Assembly (NCBI RefSeq): GCF_009914755.1
Contig: NC_060928.1
DNA length: 64,000 nucleotides
DNA from: the human T2T-CHM13v2.0 reference genome, Homo sapiens
Reading direction: 5' to 3' (one strand)
This document shows, piece after piece, positions 24,463 to 37,311 of this stretch. The notes below the pieces were generated by a model. It worked only from the letters and a program-made list of their open reading frames with translations. It did not search any database and was not told where the DNA came from. Both the position numbers and the translations under genes were made by a program. Each line of letters starts with the position of its first letter. Position 1 is the first letter of the stretch.

Positions 24463-25923
24463 ATGGGAAACACTCAGACACCAACAAGCTCACCCTTGAA
24501 ATGCATCCTAAGCCATTGGGACCAATTTGACCCACAAACCCTGAAAAAGAGGCAGCTCAATTTTTTTCTGCACTATGGCTTGGCCCTGATATTCTCTCTC
24601 TGATGGGGAGAAATGGCCACCTGAGAGGAGTATAAATTACAATACTATCCTGCAGCTTGACCTTTTCTGTAAGAGGGAAGGCAAATGCAGTGAAATACCT
24701 TATGTCCAAGCTCTCTTTTCATTGAAGAAGAATACACAACTATGCAAAGCTTGCAATTTACAACCCACAGGAGGACCTCTCAGCTTACCCCCATATCCTA
24801 GCCTCCTTATAGATCCCCTTCCTATTAATGATAAGCCTCCTCTAATCTCCCCCACCCAGAAGGAAACAAGCAAAGAAATCTCCAAAGGACCACAAAAACC
24901 CCTGGGCTATCAGTTTTGTCCACTTCAAGCTGTAGGGGGAGGGGAGTTTGGCCTAACCAGGGTACATGTCCCCTTCTCCTTCTCTGATTTAAAGCAGATC
25001 AAGGCAGACCTGGGGAAGTTTTCAGAAGATCCTGATAGTTATATAGATGTCCTACATGGTCTAGGGCAAAACTTCGATCTCACTTGGAGAGATGTCATGC
25101 TACTGTTAGATCAAACCCTGGCCTTTAATGAAAAGAATGTAGCTTTAGCTGCAGCCCGAGAGTTTGGAGATACCTGGTATCTTAGTCAAGTAAATGATAG
25201 AATGACAGCCAAAGAAAGGGACAAATTCCCTACTGGTCAGCAAGCCATCCTCAGTATGGATTCCCACTGGGACCTCGACTCAGATCATGGGGACTGGAGT
25301 CGCAAACATCTGTTGACCTGTGTTCTAGAAGGACTAAGAATAATTAGGGAAAAGGCCATGAATTAGTCAATGATGACCACCATAATTCAGGGAAAGAAAG
25401 AAAATCCTTCTGCCTTCCTCAAGTGGCTATGGGAGGCCTTAAGAAAACATACTCCCCTGTCACCCAACTCACTTGAGGGTCAATTGATTCTAAAAGATAA
25501 GTTTATTACCCAATGAGCCACAGACATCAGGAGAAATCTCCAAAAGCGAGCCCTGGGCCCTGAACAAAATCTGGAGGCATTATTAAACCTGGCAACCTCG
25601 GTGATCTATAATAAGGACCAACAGGAACAGGCCCAGAAGGAAAAGTGAGATCAGAGAAAGGCGCAGCCTTAGTCATGGCCCTCAGACAAAAAAACCTTGG
25701 TGGTTCAAAGAGGACAGAAAATGGAGCAGGCCAATCACCTAATGGGGACTGTTATCAGTGTGATTTGCAAGGACACTTTAAAAAAGTTTGTCCAGTGAGA
25801 AACAAGCTGCCTCCTCGCCCATGTCCACTATGCTGAGGCAATCACTGGAAGGTGCACTGCCCCAGAGGACAAAGTTTCTCTGGGCCAGAAGCCCCCAACC
25901 AGATGATCCAACAACAGGACTGA
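24463..25923 (+). pseudogene. gag: ERV9 gag with multiple stops and frameshifts
   Basis: MGNTQ... start, PPY late motif, CA segment [25 protein letters not shown], zinc knuckle CYQCDLQGHFKKVC. Confidence 0.92.
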
Positions 25924-26156
25924 GGGTGCCCGGGGAAAGTGCCAGCTTATGTCATCACCCTCACTGAGCCCCAGGTACATATAACCATTGAGGGCCAGGA
26001 AATTGACTTCCTCCTGGACACTGGTGCAGCTTTTTCAGTGTTAATCTCCTGTCCCAGACAGCTGTCCTCAAGGTCCGTTACCATCTGAGGAATCCTGGGA
26101 CATCCTGTATCCAGGTATTTCTCTTACCTCCTCAGTTGTAATTGGGAGACTTTGCT
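25924..26156 (+). pseudogene. pro: ERV9 protease, N-terminal part
   Basis: FLLDTGA active-site motif at 26008-26028. Confidence 0.88.
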
Positions 26157-26340
26157 ACAGATAGTAAGTATGCTTATCTAATCCTACATGCCCATGCTGC
26201 AATATGGAAAGGAAGGGAGTCCCTAACCTCTGGGGGAACCCCCATTAAATACCACAAGGAAATCATGGAGTTCTTGCATGCAGTGCAAAAACCCAAGGAG
26301 GTGGCAGTCTTACACTGCTGAAGCCATCAAAAAGGGGAAG
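26157..26340 (+). pseudogene. pol: pol RNase H fragment (RT deleted), followed by a GA-rich tract to ~26520
   Basis: TDSKYAYLILHAHAAIWK directly follows the truncated protease. Confidence 0.8.
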
Positions 26341-27129
26341 GAGAGAGGAGAACAGCAGCATAAGCAGCTGGCAGAGGCAGGGAAAGACCAGCAGAAAGGA
26401 AAGAGAGAAAGAGAAAGTCAGACAGAGAGAGGAAGAGACAGAGACAAAGAGGGAGTCAGAAAGAGAGAGACAAAGAAGAAGTCAAAGAGAAAGAGAGATG
26501 GAAGTAGTAAAGAAAAAAACCGTGTATCCTATTCCTTTAAAAGCCATGGTAAGTTTAAAACCTATAATTGATAACTGAAGGTCTTCTCTGTGACCCTGTA
26601 ACACTCCAATACCACCTTGTTGACAGTGTAAACAAGGGCATAGCCCGAAAGCACTGAGGCCACTGACAACCAGTAGCCTTCCTATCAAAAATCCTTAACC
26701 AAGCAGGTTTCCTAACAAGGGACCTAAATCTTAAGGTCCAACCAGACATAGGAGGAGCTCCCTTCAGGACAGGATGATAGATGGTTCCTCCCAGGCGATT
26801 AAGGAAAAAGACACAATGGATATTCAGTAAGTGATAAGGAAACTCTTACAGAAGCAGAGTTAGGAAAATTGCCTAATAATTGTCTGCTCAAACATGCAAG
26901 CTGTCTGGAATCAGCTAAACCTTAAAGTACTTACAGAATCAGGAAGGAGCCATCTATACCAATTCTAAGTTAATATAGACTGAATGAGGTTTTATTAATA
27001 GCAAAGAAAAATTAAAATCCCAGACTTACAAGGTTTTCAACTACAGTAAAGTTTGCTAAAAGTTAACAGTGTAACATGTATTATCCTACTACCACACACT
27101 CTCAAAGGATTTCTTAGACAGTTTACAAG

Positions 27130-27672
27130 AAATGATGAAATCTATCCTTACTCTACAATCCCACATAGACTCTTTGGCAGCAGTGACTCTCCAAAATTGC
27201 CAAGGCCTAGACCTCCTCACTGCTGAGAAAGGAGGACTCTGCACCTTCTTAGGGGAAAAGTGTTGTTTTTACACTAAACAGTCAGGGATAGTACGAGATG
27301 CCACCCGGCATTTACAGGAAAAGGCTTCTGAAATCAGACAACACCTTTCAAACTCTTATACCAACCTCTGGAGTTAGGCAACATGGCTTCTCCCCTTTCT
27401 AGGTCCCGTGACAGCTGTCTTGCTATTACTTGCCTTTGGGCCCTGTATTTTTAACCTCCTTGTCAAATTTGTTTCCTCTAGGATTGAGGCCATCAAGCTA
27501 TAGATGATCTTACAAATGGAACTCCAAATGAGCTCAACCAACAACTTCTACCGAGGACCCCTGGATCGACCCACTTGCTGTTTGGTTGGCCTAGAGGGTT
27601 CCCCTCTGGAGGACACTACCACTGCAGGGCCCTTTCTTCACCTCTATCCAGTAGGAAGTAGCTAGAGTGGTC
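27130..27672 (+). pseudogene. env: ERV9 env transmembrane subunit remnant
   Basis: Immunosuppressive-domain motif LQNCQGLDLLTAEKGGL plus CX6CC (CTFLGEKCC). Premature stop at 27375-27377. Confidence 0.92.
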
Positions 27673-27710
27673 ATTGCCCAATTCCTAACAGCAATTGGGG
27701 TGTCCTGTTT

Positions 27711-27720
27711 AGAGGGGGGA
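27711..27720 (+). other. Polypurine tract
   Basis: AGAGGGGGGA immediately before the 3' LTR. Confidence 0.85.
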
Positions 27721-27721
27721 T

Positions 27722-28429
27722 TGAGAGGTGAAGCCAGCTGGACTTCTGGTTCAGGTGGTGACTTGGAGAACTTTTCTGTCTAGCTAAAGGATTGTAAATG
27801 CACCAATCAGCACTCTGTAAAAATGCACCAATCAGCACTCTGTGTCTAGCTAAAGATTGTAAATGCACCAGTTAGCACTCTGTAAAAACGCACCAATCAT
27901 CACTCTGTAAAATGGACCAATCAGCACTCTGTAAAATGGATCAATCAGTGGGACATGGGAGGGGCCAATAAGGGAATAAAAGCTGGCTACCCCAGCCAGC
28001 AGTGGCAACCCTCTCGGGTCTCTTCCATGCTGTGGAATATTTGTTCTTTTGCTCTTCACAATAAATCTTGCTGCTGCTCACTCTTTGGGTCCGCACTACC
28101 TTTATGAGCTGTAACACTCACTAGGAAAGTCTGTGGCTTTACTCTTGAAGTCAGCAAGACCACGAACCCACCAGGAGGAACAAACAACTCTGGACGCACC
28201 ACCTTTAAAAACTGTAACACTCACTGCAAAGGTCTGCGGCTTCACTCCTGAAGTCAGCAAGACCATGAACCCACCAGAAGGAAGAAACTCCAGACACACG
28301 TGAACATCTGAAGGAACAAACTACAGATACACTATTTAAGAATGGTAACACTCACTGCGAGGGTCCACGGCTTCATTCTTGAAGTCAGTGAGACCAAGAA
28401 CCCACTGGAAGGAATAAATTCCAGACACA
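27722..28429 (+). promoter_or_regulatory. 3' LTR12-type LTR
   Basis: Colinear with 22536-23212, with one additional CCAAT unit. Confidence 0.93.
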
Positions 28430-28432
28430 TTT

Positions 28433-28450
28433 TGGCAATCCAGATGGGAC
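28433..28450 (+). other. Second PBS-like (tRNA-Arg 3'-end complement) after the 3' LTR
   Basis: TGGCAATCCAGATGGGAC sits at the same 3-nt spacing from the LTR end as the 5' PBS. Confidence 0.75.
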
Positions 28451-31381
28451 ACACTACTAGTTATTAAGAAAATTCAAAACAGTAGTCAATATTTTCCAAA
28501 GAACATTTCTTTAAATTCATCAATCTAATTAAAACATGTTTTTCCCCAAATGTGACACCAGTTTTGGGGTTATATTTAAAAGTAGAATTTCATTATCCTC
28601 ATTTATAAAATATAAATATCCTCATTTATAAAATATATCTGTCCAAAGAAGGTAAAACTTTCTCTCACCTCTTCATCCTGGCACATTTCTCATTTTTTTT
28701 AAACTCTCAGTCAATAGTTTTTCCTTGACACACACACAATATCATGTTAGATATATATATAATATATCATATAATATATAAACAATATATAATATGTAAA
28801 CAATACAATACATGTAATATTATATATTATTTATAAATAAAATAGCATATATAGCAACCAAATTTCTTGAGAAGGTTTGCAAATGTTTAGGCTTTCTCAA
28901 AGCCACTATTTCCAAAGTGAATTTCTCAATCAAACTTCAGTGTATGGCATATAACTCACTCTATTTCGTGATGAATTACTACCATAAACATTGATTTTGA
29001 GGTTCAGCCATTGATGCCCATTCAGGCTTCTGGGAACTTAATGGAGGGTCACTATGGTATCTAGGAAGCAAGAGAGTAAGAGGGTGAAAGCATGATTTGT
29101 GAGCAGAGCTCTCAGACTCTATTTTTCTAACCAATCACATCACCACTTTGTTAGGGTACTTTCTGTTAGTATGCTGTATCCGGAACTCCTTTTATCCACC
29201 CTAGAGTTTCAAAATATGAGACAAGAAAACAGGGATCAGGGACTGATTTTAGTGTCTAATATTGATTGATTTCCTCTTTCAGTTCTTTTCAAAGAACTCC
29301 CTGTACCTTTCTAAAGGATAAATATATATAAAACACTTACCAGACAGCTCTCCATTTTATCTGGGGTTGCACTTCAAAATCTGGCAAGAATGGTAATTCC
29401 TCCATCAAGAGTCCATTTCAGAAATCAATAGTTAAACAGCTACACAGGGGTCCTGTATTTTGTGAAAAGACCAAATCTAGAGTCTGATTTCTAGAAACAC
29501 ACCCAGAAATTAAGGCGATTATGTTTTATTCTGTTTTCCTCATTCATAACATTTTGCTTTTCCATAGAAGTGCTACTTTGTAACTTTCTTTAACTTTATC
29601 ACATATCATTTCAAATTAATTTATTTTCTTATTTTATTTCTACTGCTTCAGCCCCTTTTTGCTTTCCCTAGAAGTGGCTTCTCAGGTGCCAAGAATGTAA
29701 TAAGCCTCCAATAATATTAATTGAATAAAGGAATAAACCACCCATGCTTCTGACAATAAACTGAAGTCTAATTATTCTACCATAAAACTAGACTTTGTAA
29801 AACAAGTCCATTACTTCTTCTGAATATCCTTTGTTCAAAATATTCTTAATAATGTTATTTCAAGTATGTTACCTAGCAATTATATTTAGATTCATAACTT
29901 CTTGAGCCCATTTTACAATAACAGAGACACATTTTTATTCATAATTATTTTGCATATTCATTTGACATGTTTGATATTTTTAAAGTTCTTTATATTTTCA
30001 CATAAATAATTGCGAGACTGCATTGTGTTTTATTGGAAAATATAATGTATTCTATTCATTCTCTGGATTATTTTTATCAAGGACAAAACAATCTTTAAAA
30101 ATGTACTTGATAAATTGGGTTAGTTTGTCTGTAATAACCTAAATAGTAATTCTAACTCAGTACTATTGTTTGTGTGATCAGTACTATTGATTCATTAACA
30201 TACTAAATCTTAAATTATTAGAGAAATCTAATGCAGTTTGAAAGATATGATAGACTAGACTGAAGTAGATACAGTGAGGAAAATAAGGGATTATTACATG
30301 GAAGAGTATTTGAGCTATTTTTGTTGGAAAGAGGTATGCATAGCATACTTGAAGCTGATAGAGAAAGCCAGCAACAAAATTGTAAATGGCTTAAGTGTGT
30401 GTTTGAATTGATAAAATTCTCAAAAAAAATTTGTAAAAAAAAAAAAAAACGATGCTCACAAGCAAAATGAAAATAATTGTTGAAAAGGTATGTTGCACAT
30501 CACCATCTCTAAATAAATATATTCAATTTGTATTTTTGTCTTATCATGGGGAATGCCCACATAGAAAACAAAAAAGAAAACTAATGGACAAGTGGACAGA
30601 CTTAGAAACAATTTTAGAATAGCCTACAGTGGGGAAGAAACTGGAGAATCCAGACTAAGAATAAAGACACAGCTAAAAAGTTAGAACAAGATATCCAAGG
30701 TACCAGACAATTTTTAGTGAGAATGCAAGGAATTATAATCAATATAGCTCTAGAAATTAGCACAAAGGTATCTGAGTCTAAGGTTGCAGGGATGGTAATG
30801 CTCACAGACTACATAGAAAAGCACATGCGTTCTTGGAATTGGTAGCATCACATCATAGCATGTCAGTTCCAGGGGAGGCACATATGTAAGAGCAAAATGA
30901 GTCTCAGTCTACAAAGAGGTTTTAACTATTATTACAGATGCAGACTAGAAATCCAGATACAGAAACTAAGAGAATAATAGAGTCATTTAATCTGGGACTT
31001 CCCAGAAATCTGGAATAGAAAGTTTACAGCTGGAAAATCTGTAATCTCTTATGCAAGATAAAGAAAGAGGTAAGCATCAGTGATATCTGGAGTTTACTTC
31101 TAAAAACTTGTAAGAACCAATGGTTAAATTTTCAGGAATTTGGAAACTAGTTGTTAAGCATGGCATTTTGTGAAACCCAGATAAAGATGAACTCAGGAGA
31201 GGACACCTAACCTCTCTGAACTTCATGTAATGCATATTGTTTTATTTTTACTTTTACTTTGGGTGTTTTGCTGTAATAAACGTTGGCTATGAGTATAACC
31301 AGAGTTATACAGATGTGAGTCCTCCTAGATATTTCCCCAACTTTCAGATGGTTGTGGGATTTCTGAAACAGACTTGAATAT

Positions 31382-31428
31382 TCCTTTCTTCCTTCCCTCT
31401 CTCCCTCTCTGTCTGTCTGTCTGTCTGT

Positions 31429-31466
<38 letters not shown>

Positions 31467-31800
31467 TCCTTCCTTCCTTCCTTCCTTCCTTCCTTCCTTC
31501 CTTCCTTCCTTCCTTCCTTCCTCTCTCTTTCTCTCTATCTCCTGTCTCTCCCCTGCCCCCCTCTCTCTCTCCCCCGCCCTCTCTCTCTCTCTATCCGCTT
31601 TGCCTCTTTTGCAAATTTTCCCCGCTGCCTCTTTGGACATTTGCAAAATACCTTCAGAGTAACACGCAGGTTAGGGATTCAATCAACCCTGTCTCTCTCT
31701 CTCTCTCTGTCTTCCCTCCCCCTCCCTCTCCCTCCCCCCTCCCTTCTGTTCCCTTCCGCTCTCCCCGCTCTCCCCTCCTCTCCCCTTCCCTTTCCTTCTG
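31382..31800 (+). repeat. Polypyrimidine compound microsatellite (TCTG>CCTG>CCTT>CT)
   Basis: Seen directly. Occupies the tail position of the adjacent minus-strand Alu. Confidence 0.92.
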
Positions 31801-31804
31801 ATAT

Positions 31805-32010
31805 GGATTGGGTTCTCACTCTGTCACCCAGGCTGGAGTGCAATGGCACAATCTTCGCTTACTGCAACCTCGATCTCCTAGGCTCAAGTGATGCTCCCAC
31901 CTCAGCCTCTCGAGTAGCCCAGACTGGTCTCCAACTCCTGAGCTCAAGTGATCCACCCGCTTGGCCTCCCAAAGTGCTGGGATAACAAGCAAGAGCCACC
32001 GCGTCTGGCC
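31805..32010 (-). mobile_element. AluJ-like, with internal deletion of the linker region
   Basis: GAGTAGC joined to CCAGACTGG. GGCTCAAG is J-type. Confidence 0.88.
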
Positions 32011-32666
32011 AGTTCTTTGAAAGTGTAATGTACCTTGTTGCAGGTCACCTTTCATACTTTACCCTTGAACACCTGCTGTGACTTGAATCTGATTATAGGT
32101 CTAGAAGTAGACTCACCCGCAGGGGTAGGTCCTGAGGAGAATCAGTAGTGTGTGCAAGGCACTTGCAGAGGCCATATTTCAGGGGAGGCTGACATGCTTA
32201 GGCAGGAATGAAAGGGCTGCTTCTCCTGGCAAAGAAGGCTCGGCAGAATTTAGGAGTTGATATTCCCAGCTCCATCGGGATGCTCTATGTCCCCATTCCA
32301 ATTTTCAGTATCCAATTCCTTCCTAATCAGTGCCCTACCTTTAAAATAACACAACCTGTGAAATTGGGGCTTGAATTTGCTTTATCATTCACCCATTCAC
32401 AGGATGAGACTCTGGATTTGGTTTTCATAAATCTCATCACTGCAGGTACAGGTCATAAGGGATTTTTCTAGGAAAGATACAGAAATTTGGGGATCACTAA
32501 TGAGGAGCTTGTGTGGGGAATTTTAAGACCTGAGCTCATTAGCTCATTATTTTCTTTCATCATTGTTTTCCAATACACTTACGACCAAACATAAAATACC
32601 ATGATATACCCTAAGTTTAACTAAAATGTTCTAAGGCTACAAATAGAAGGACATCCAGAAGTTTAC

Positions 32667-32689
32667 CATATATATATATATATGTATAT

Positions 32690-32720
<31 letters not shown>

Positions 32721-32760
32721 CACACACATATATATACATATATAAGATATATTATACGTA
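32667..32760. repeat. (TA)n/(CA)n microsatellite
   Basis: Seen directly. Confidence 0.85.
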
Positions 32761-32943
32761 AGTACATATATATTATGTAAAATAAATATATAAAATTTTG
32801 ATATTTTATATATAAAGTATAAAATATTTGATTAGGCATATCTAATAGCAATATTTTGTGTATCTTGATTGCCACAATATGCCTTGTACAACGAATGCTT
32901 TCTTTATCACTGGAAATAGAGTTATTAGTACCTTTAAATCTAG

Positions 32944-33294
<351 letters not shown>

Positions 33295-33344
33295 TGAATT
33301 CAGAACATATAACCTCAAGATTCTGTTCCTGTAGAACCACATCC

Positions 33345-33755
33345 AGTACTTAAATTTGGGTTAGAGTTCAACCAGAGAAGAAGAAGCAGTAGGAGATGTA
33401 TTTAAACAGATTTATTGCAGTAACTTGGTGTGTGTGATTGTGGGGCTGTTCAAAATTCGTACAGCAGACCATCTAGAAGGGCAGGCTAGCATTCTTGGGC
33501 ATGAGCTGAAGCTGCCATAGAGAGGAAACATTTTTTTCTTGTTCAGGAAAAACTCAGCTCTGATTTTAAGGCCTTTCAACCAACTGAATCAGGCCCACTA
33601 ATATTATTCAGGTTAATGTTCCTTACCTAAAATCAATTGCTTATGTATTTTTATCACATTTACAAAATATCTTCAGAGTAACTCATAGATTAGGGATTGA
33701 CTGAATCACTGGGGACTGTAGGTTATTTATATTGACACATTTAAAGACTATTGCA
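33345..33755 (-). mobile_element. MLT2-type LTR
   Basis: AAGGCCTTTCAACCAACTGAATCAGGCCCAC...ACAAAATATCTTCA...TTGACACAT. Confidence 0.75.
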
Positions 33756-33948
33756 TGTGTTTAAAAAGGAAGTTATATTCATGTTACTGTTCTCTTCACT
33801 AGTCGCTAGTTGAAATATGACAGGGGTTGACAATATAACACTTAAATTTTTTCATGTATAAGTACTTATTTTGAAGATGGAGTTACATTTGCAAACTTAG
33901 ATTGGCTTCAGAATATCTTTTGAGACTTTAAAGAAATATTGCAAGTCA

Positions 33949-34100
33949 GGCTGGGCATGGTGGCTCACGTCTGTAATCCTAGGACTTTGGGAGGCCAAGG
34001 CAGGAGGATCCCTTGAGCCTAGGAGTTCGAGAACAGCGTGGGCAACATAGGAACACATGGAGACCCGCTCTCTTAAAAAAAAAAAAAGAAAAGAAAAAAA
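33949..34100 (+). mobile_element. Alu monomer (FLAM-like)
   Basis: Left arm only, with A-tail. TSD-like AAATATTGCAAGT / AAATACTGCAAGT. Confidence 0.85.
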
Positions 34101-36970
34101 TACTGCAAGTGATATTGCCATAAAAAAGGCCTTATTTCTGTATAACCTGCCAGAAAATCCACATCGTAAAAGAGCCTTCTCTTGAAAAAGGTTGGGACAG
34201 GGACAAAGTAAAGCAATTGCTAGATTAAGTAACTATTATAGCCACTATTCCCCTAATAAAAATATTGTCTTTTCTAATTCCTGAATGAATAATACGGTAT
34301 ATTTTTATGTTTCAGTCCTATATCATGCTTCTCTACCAAGTCAATATACAGTGGATCTTTAAAACTGAAGCAACAGAAGGAATACACGGGGTGAAGTTTT
34401 CTATTGACATAAAAGACATCCGTTTTTCACAATTCTATGATTTATAAAATAAAGAAAATCATTATTTTTTTTCAATAGAACATTTGAGGCTTTGAGAGAG
34501 AATATTGGTATTTTGTTGTCAACAATGGATTAGGAGTGTGATGACACGCCAGGTATTAAGTTAGTTGCAGCAAAAAGCAAATGGATACTATTTGAAAAAG
34601 CTTAAAATGTTTGCAGTTTGTAGCTCTTAAAATCGGTAAAATAACTTTCACTTTGACTACACTAGAAATTTGACAAGAGCAAACACACAGAAGCCATAAA
34701 CACCTTCGAAAGTAAAATATTTAGCTCAAATTAGAGTTGAGCAGATAGTAATGGAAGTGTGTGTAAATATATATGAGTGTGTGTATATATACACATATAT
34801 GTATATACATATATGTGTACTATATATGTGTACACAGATAAACATATAATTAAAAATATTATATTGAATTTGAGGTTGGGACTGAAATTTCTTGAAAGAC
34901 AGTATTTCCGCATTTCACATTAAAATGCATATTGGGATTTAATGGAGTTATAGGAAAGAAGTGAAACAATTACTCAATCAATCAATGAAACACTAAAAAA
35001 AATACCTGCTGATGAAGAATAACCACAGGGGACTAATTACAGAGACAGAATCATAGAAATATACCTGAAGAGATTTAAATAAAATATAGTAAAAATATTC
35101 AAGATTAAGGAGAATTCAGGTCTTTAACAGGTTATTTGATTTATTTAAAATAGATTAATAATTAGTGACACAATAAGAACACTTACAGGTAACTAATATT
35201 ATGATAATTTTAAAAGAAGCCAAAGAATTGCCCCCCCAAAGCAAATTCTGAACTTAAATATAAATAAATAATCCTAACTTTATACCCATTTTGTGCCAAA
35301 TTTACATAAATATGTGGAAAATAATTCATGTAATTTTCAACACTGTATTTTAATTGTATACCTTTAATGGAACATATTTTAAGGACAAAGAGAACTGCAA
35401 GACAATCTTGAACTTTATTTAGTATTCTTGTTGGTATGGTATTCATTTTGTAATTCTGAAATCACTTCATCAGTACTGAATGAAACCTCAAATTAATAAA
35501 GATATATTGATAAGGTTGGAAACCAAAATTTTTACTGAAAAAGCAAGGAAATAAAGAAAAATTTGGTAAGATAGCTGAAACTGGAGCATCGATATGAAAT
35601 TCAATATGAAATATATATAATATATTTATATATATACATATATAGTGCTCAACAAGTAATAGGGTCATGTCCACAAGAAAAGCAGCCAATTTGTAATGGT
35701 TTCTACTGGTCTAAGTTTGGATACCATAAGCCTCAAAATAAGATTAATAATAATAATATTTATGGTATATTCAATAATAACTTGAACTTTCAAAATCTGT
35801 TAGTCTATAGTTATACTCAATAAAAGATGAAGGCGGAAAGAAAAGTACTTCTTTACTGAAGAATATCCATTAATTAATAGATGAGGAATGATAAAATGAG
35901 AAACTCCCAATGTAGTTTACTCAGACAGAGATCACCAATAGATGTTAAAACCATGGAGTGAAAGATTGCTGGGGGACAGGATATATATACAGTTTCAAAA
36001 TGTCACCTCACAGATTACTTAGTAATTACAAAGGGAAGTATATGCTTTTTCCTAGGAGATAGCTGTCACTTGGCATCTTAACCAAAAAGAGATCAAGCTT
36101 GGCACCACCTAATCACCAATAGCAGAACATCTTGACATTACATAGTTTTAGATGTGACGCAATAGGAAGTACGGAATATCCACTCTATGGTGTTTTGTCA
36201 GCAATGTTGGACCTAAATCAAGCCTTGAGGAATAGCAAGATGAGTCCACAATGCAGAATGTTCTGGAATGGCCTGGATCCTTCAAAATTTTTGTGCCAAG
36301 AACAATAAAGAGAAATTGGGATGGGGCAGGGGGGTTTCAGATATTTAGAAATTAAACAGTCATCACTTATGTGATGACTTATGTGAATATTTATTGGTTT
36401 CTGAATAAGAAATCAGGTAAAAATAGGGGAAAATCGGTGAACTTTGTTGATTTACCATATATTGTGTGCTGTTAAATAAAAGTCGATGTTCTTCAGTGTG
36501 CTAATGGTGAATGCATTTGCGTACACAAATGTCCTTCTTTGGAAATTTTGCTTAATTATTTAGAAGTGACGTTGCACTATGTGTGCATCTTAGCCTCAGA
36601 TAGTTGGCAAGAGGGAGTGGTTTATGTGAGACGGTCTATAAAGAGAATGTATTTTTTCCAATATCGGCCATCAAGTTGCAATATGAAGAGAATAAATATA
36701 TAATGGAGGAAGAAAAAACTTGGTCAAGGGGCATGCATCAGCATTCTTTTAAGGAAGTTTTCAGTAATTTTCTTCATGATATCTCTGTTGATTCCATTGA
36801 CCAGAATTTTGCCATACACCTACATGTCCACAAGAAAGACTGAAAATATAGGGCTCTACTCTGGTCCTGACTAAGGATAAATGTGAAGGGTCTATCATTG
36901 AGATAGAGGAGAGAATAGATATTGGGACTAAATTAGCAACATTAAGACCTGTATAGAAATTACGAAACTT

Positions 36971-37311
<341 letters not shown>

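Larger units (their letters stand above)
22536..28453 (+). mobile_element. ERV9 (LTR12-family) provirus, internally deleted and non-autonomous
   Basis: Two LTRs, PBS-Arg, gag, partial pro, RNase H fragment, env TM and PPT. Candidate 4-bp TSD CTAT (22532-22535) / CTAC (28454-28457). Confidence 0.93.

Noticed and set aside
27132-27377. Syncytin-like functional env
   Set aside because: Only a TM fragment: no signal peptide, SU or fusion peptide, and a stop precedes the membrane anchor.
28593-28637. Short tandem duplications (also near 57010, 58510 and 62038)
   Set aside because: Ordinary 13-25-bp slippage duplications in AT-rich DNA.
31374-31985. 203-aa ORF (LPAC/LPSF repeats)
   Set aside because: Open only because the pyrimidine microsatellite has no stop codons, and it then runs into antisense Alu.
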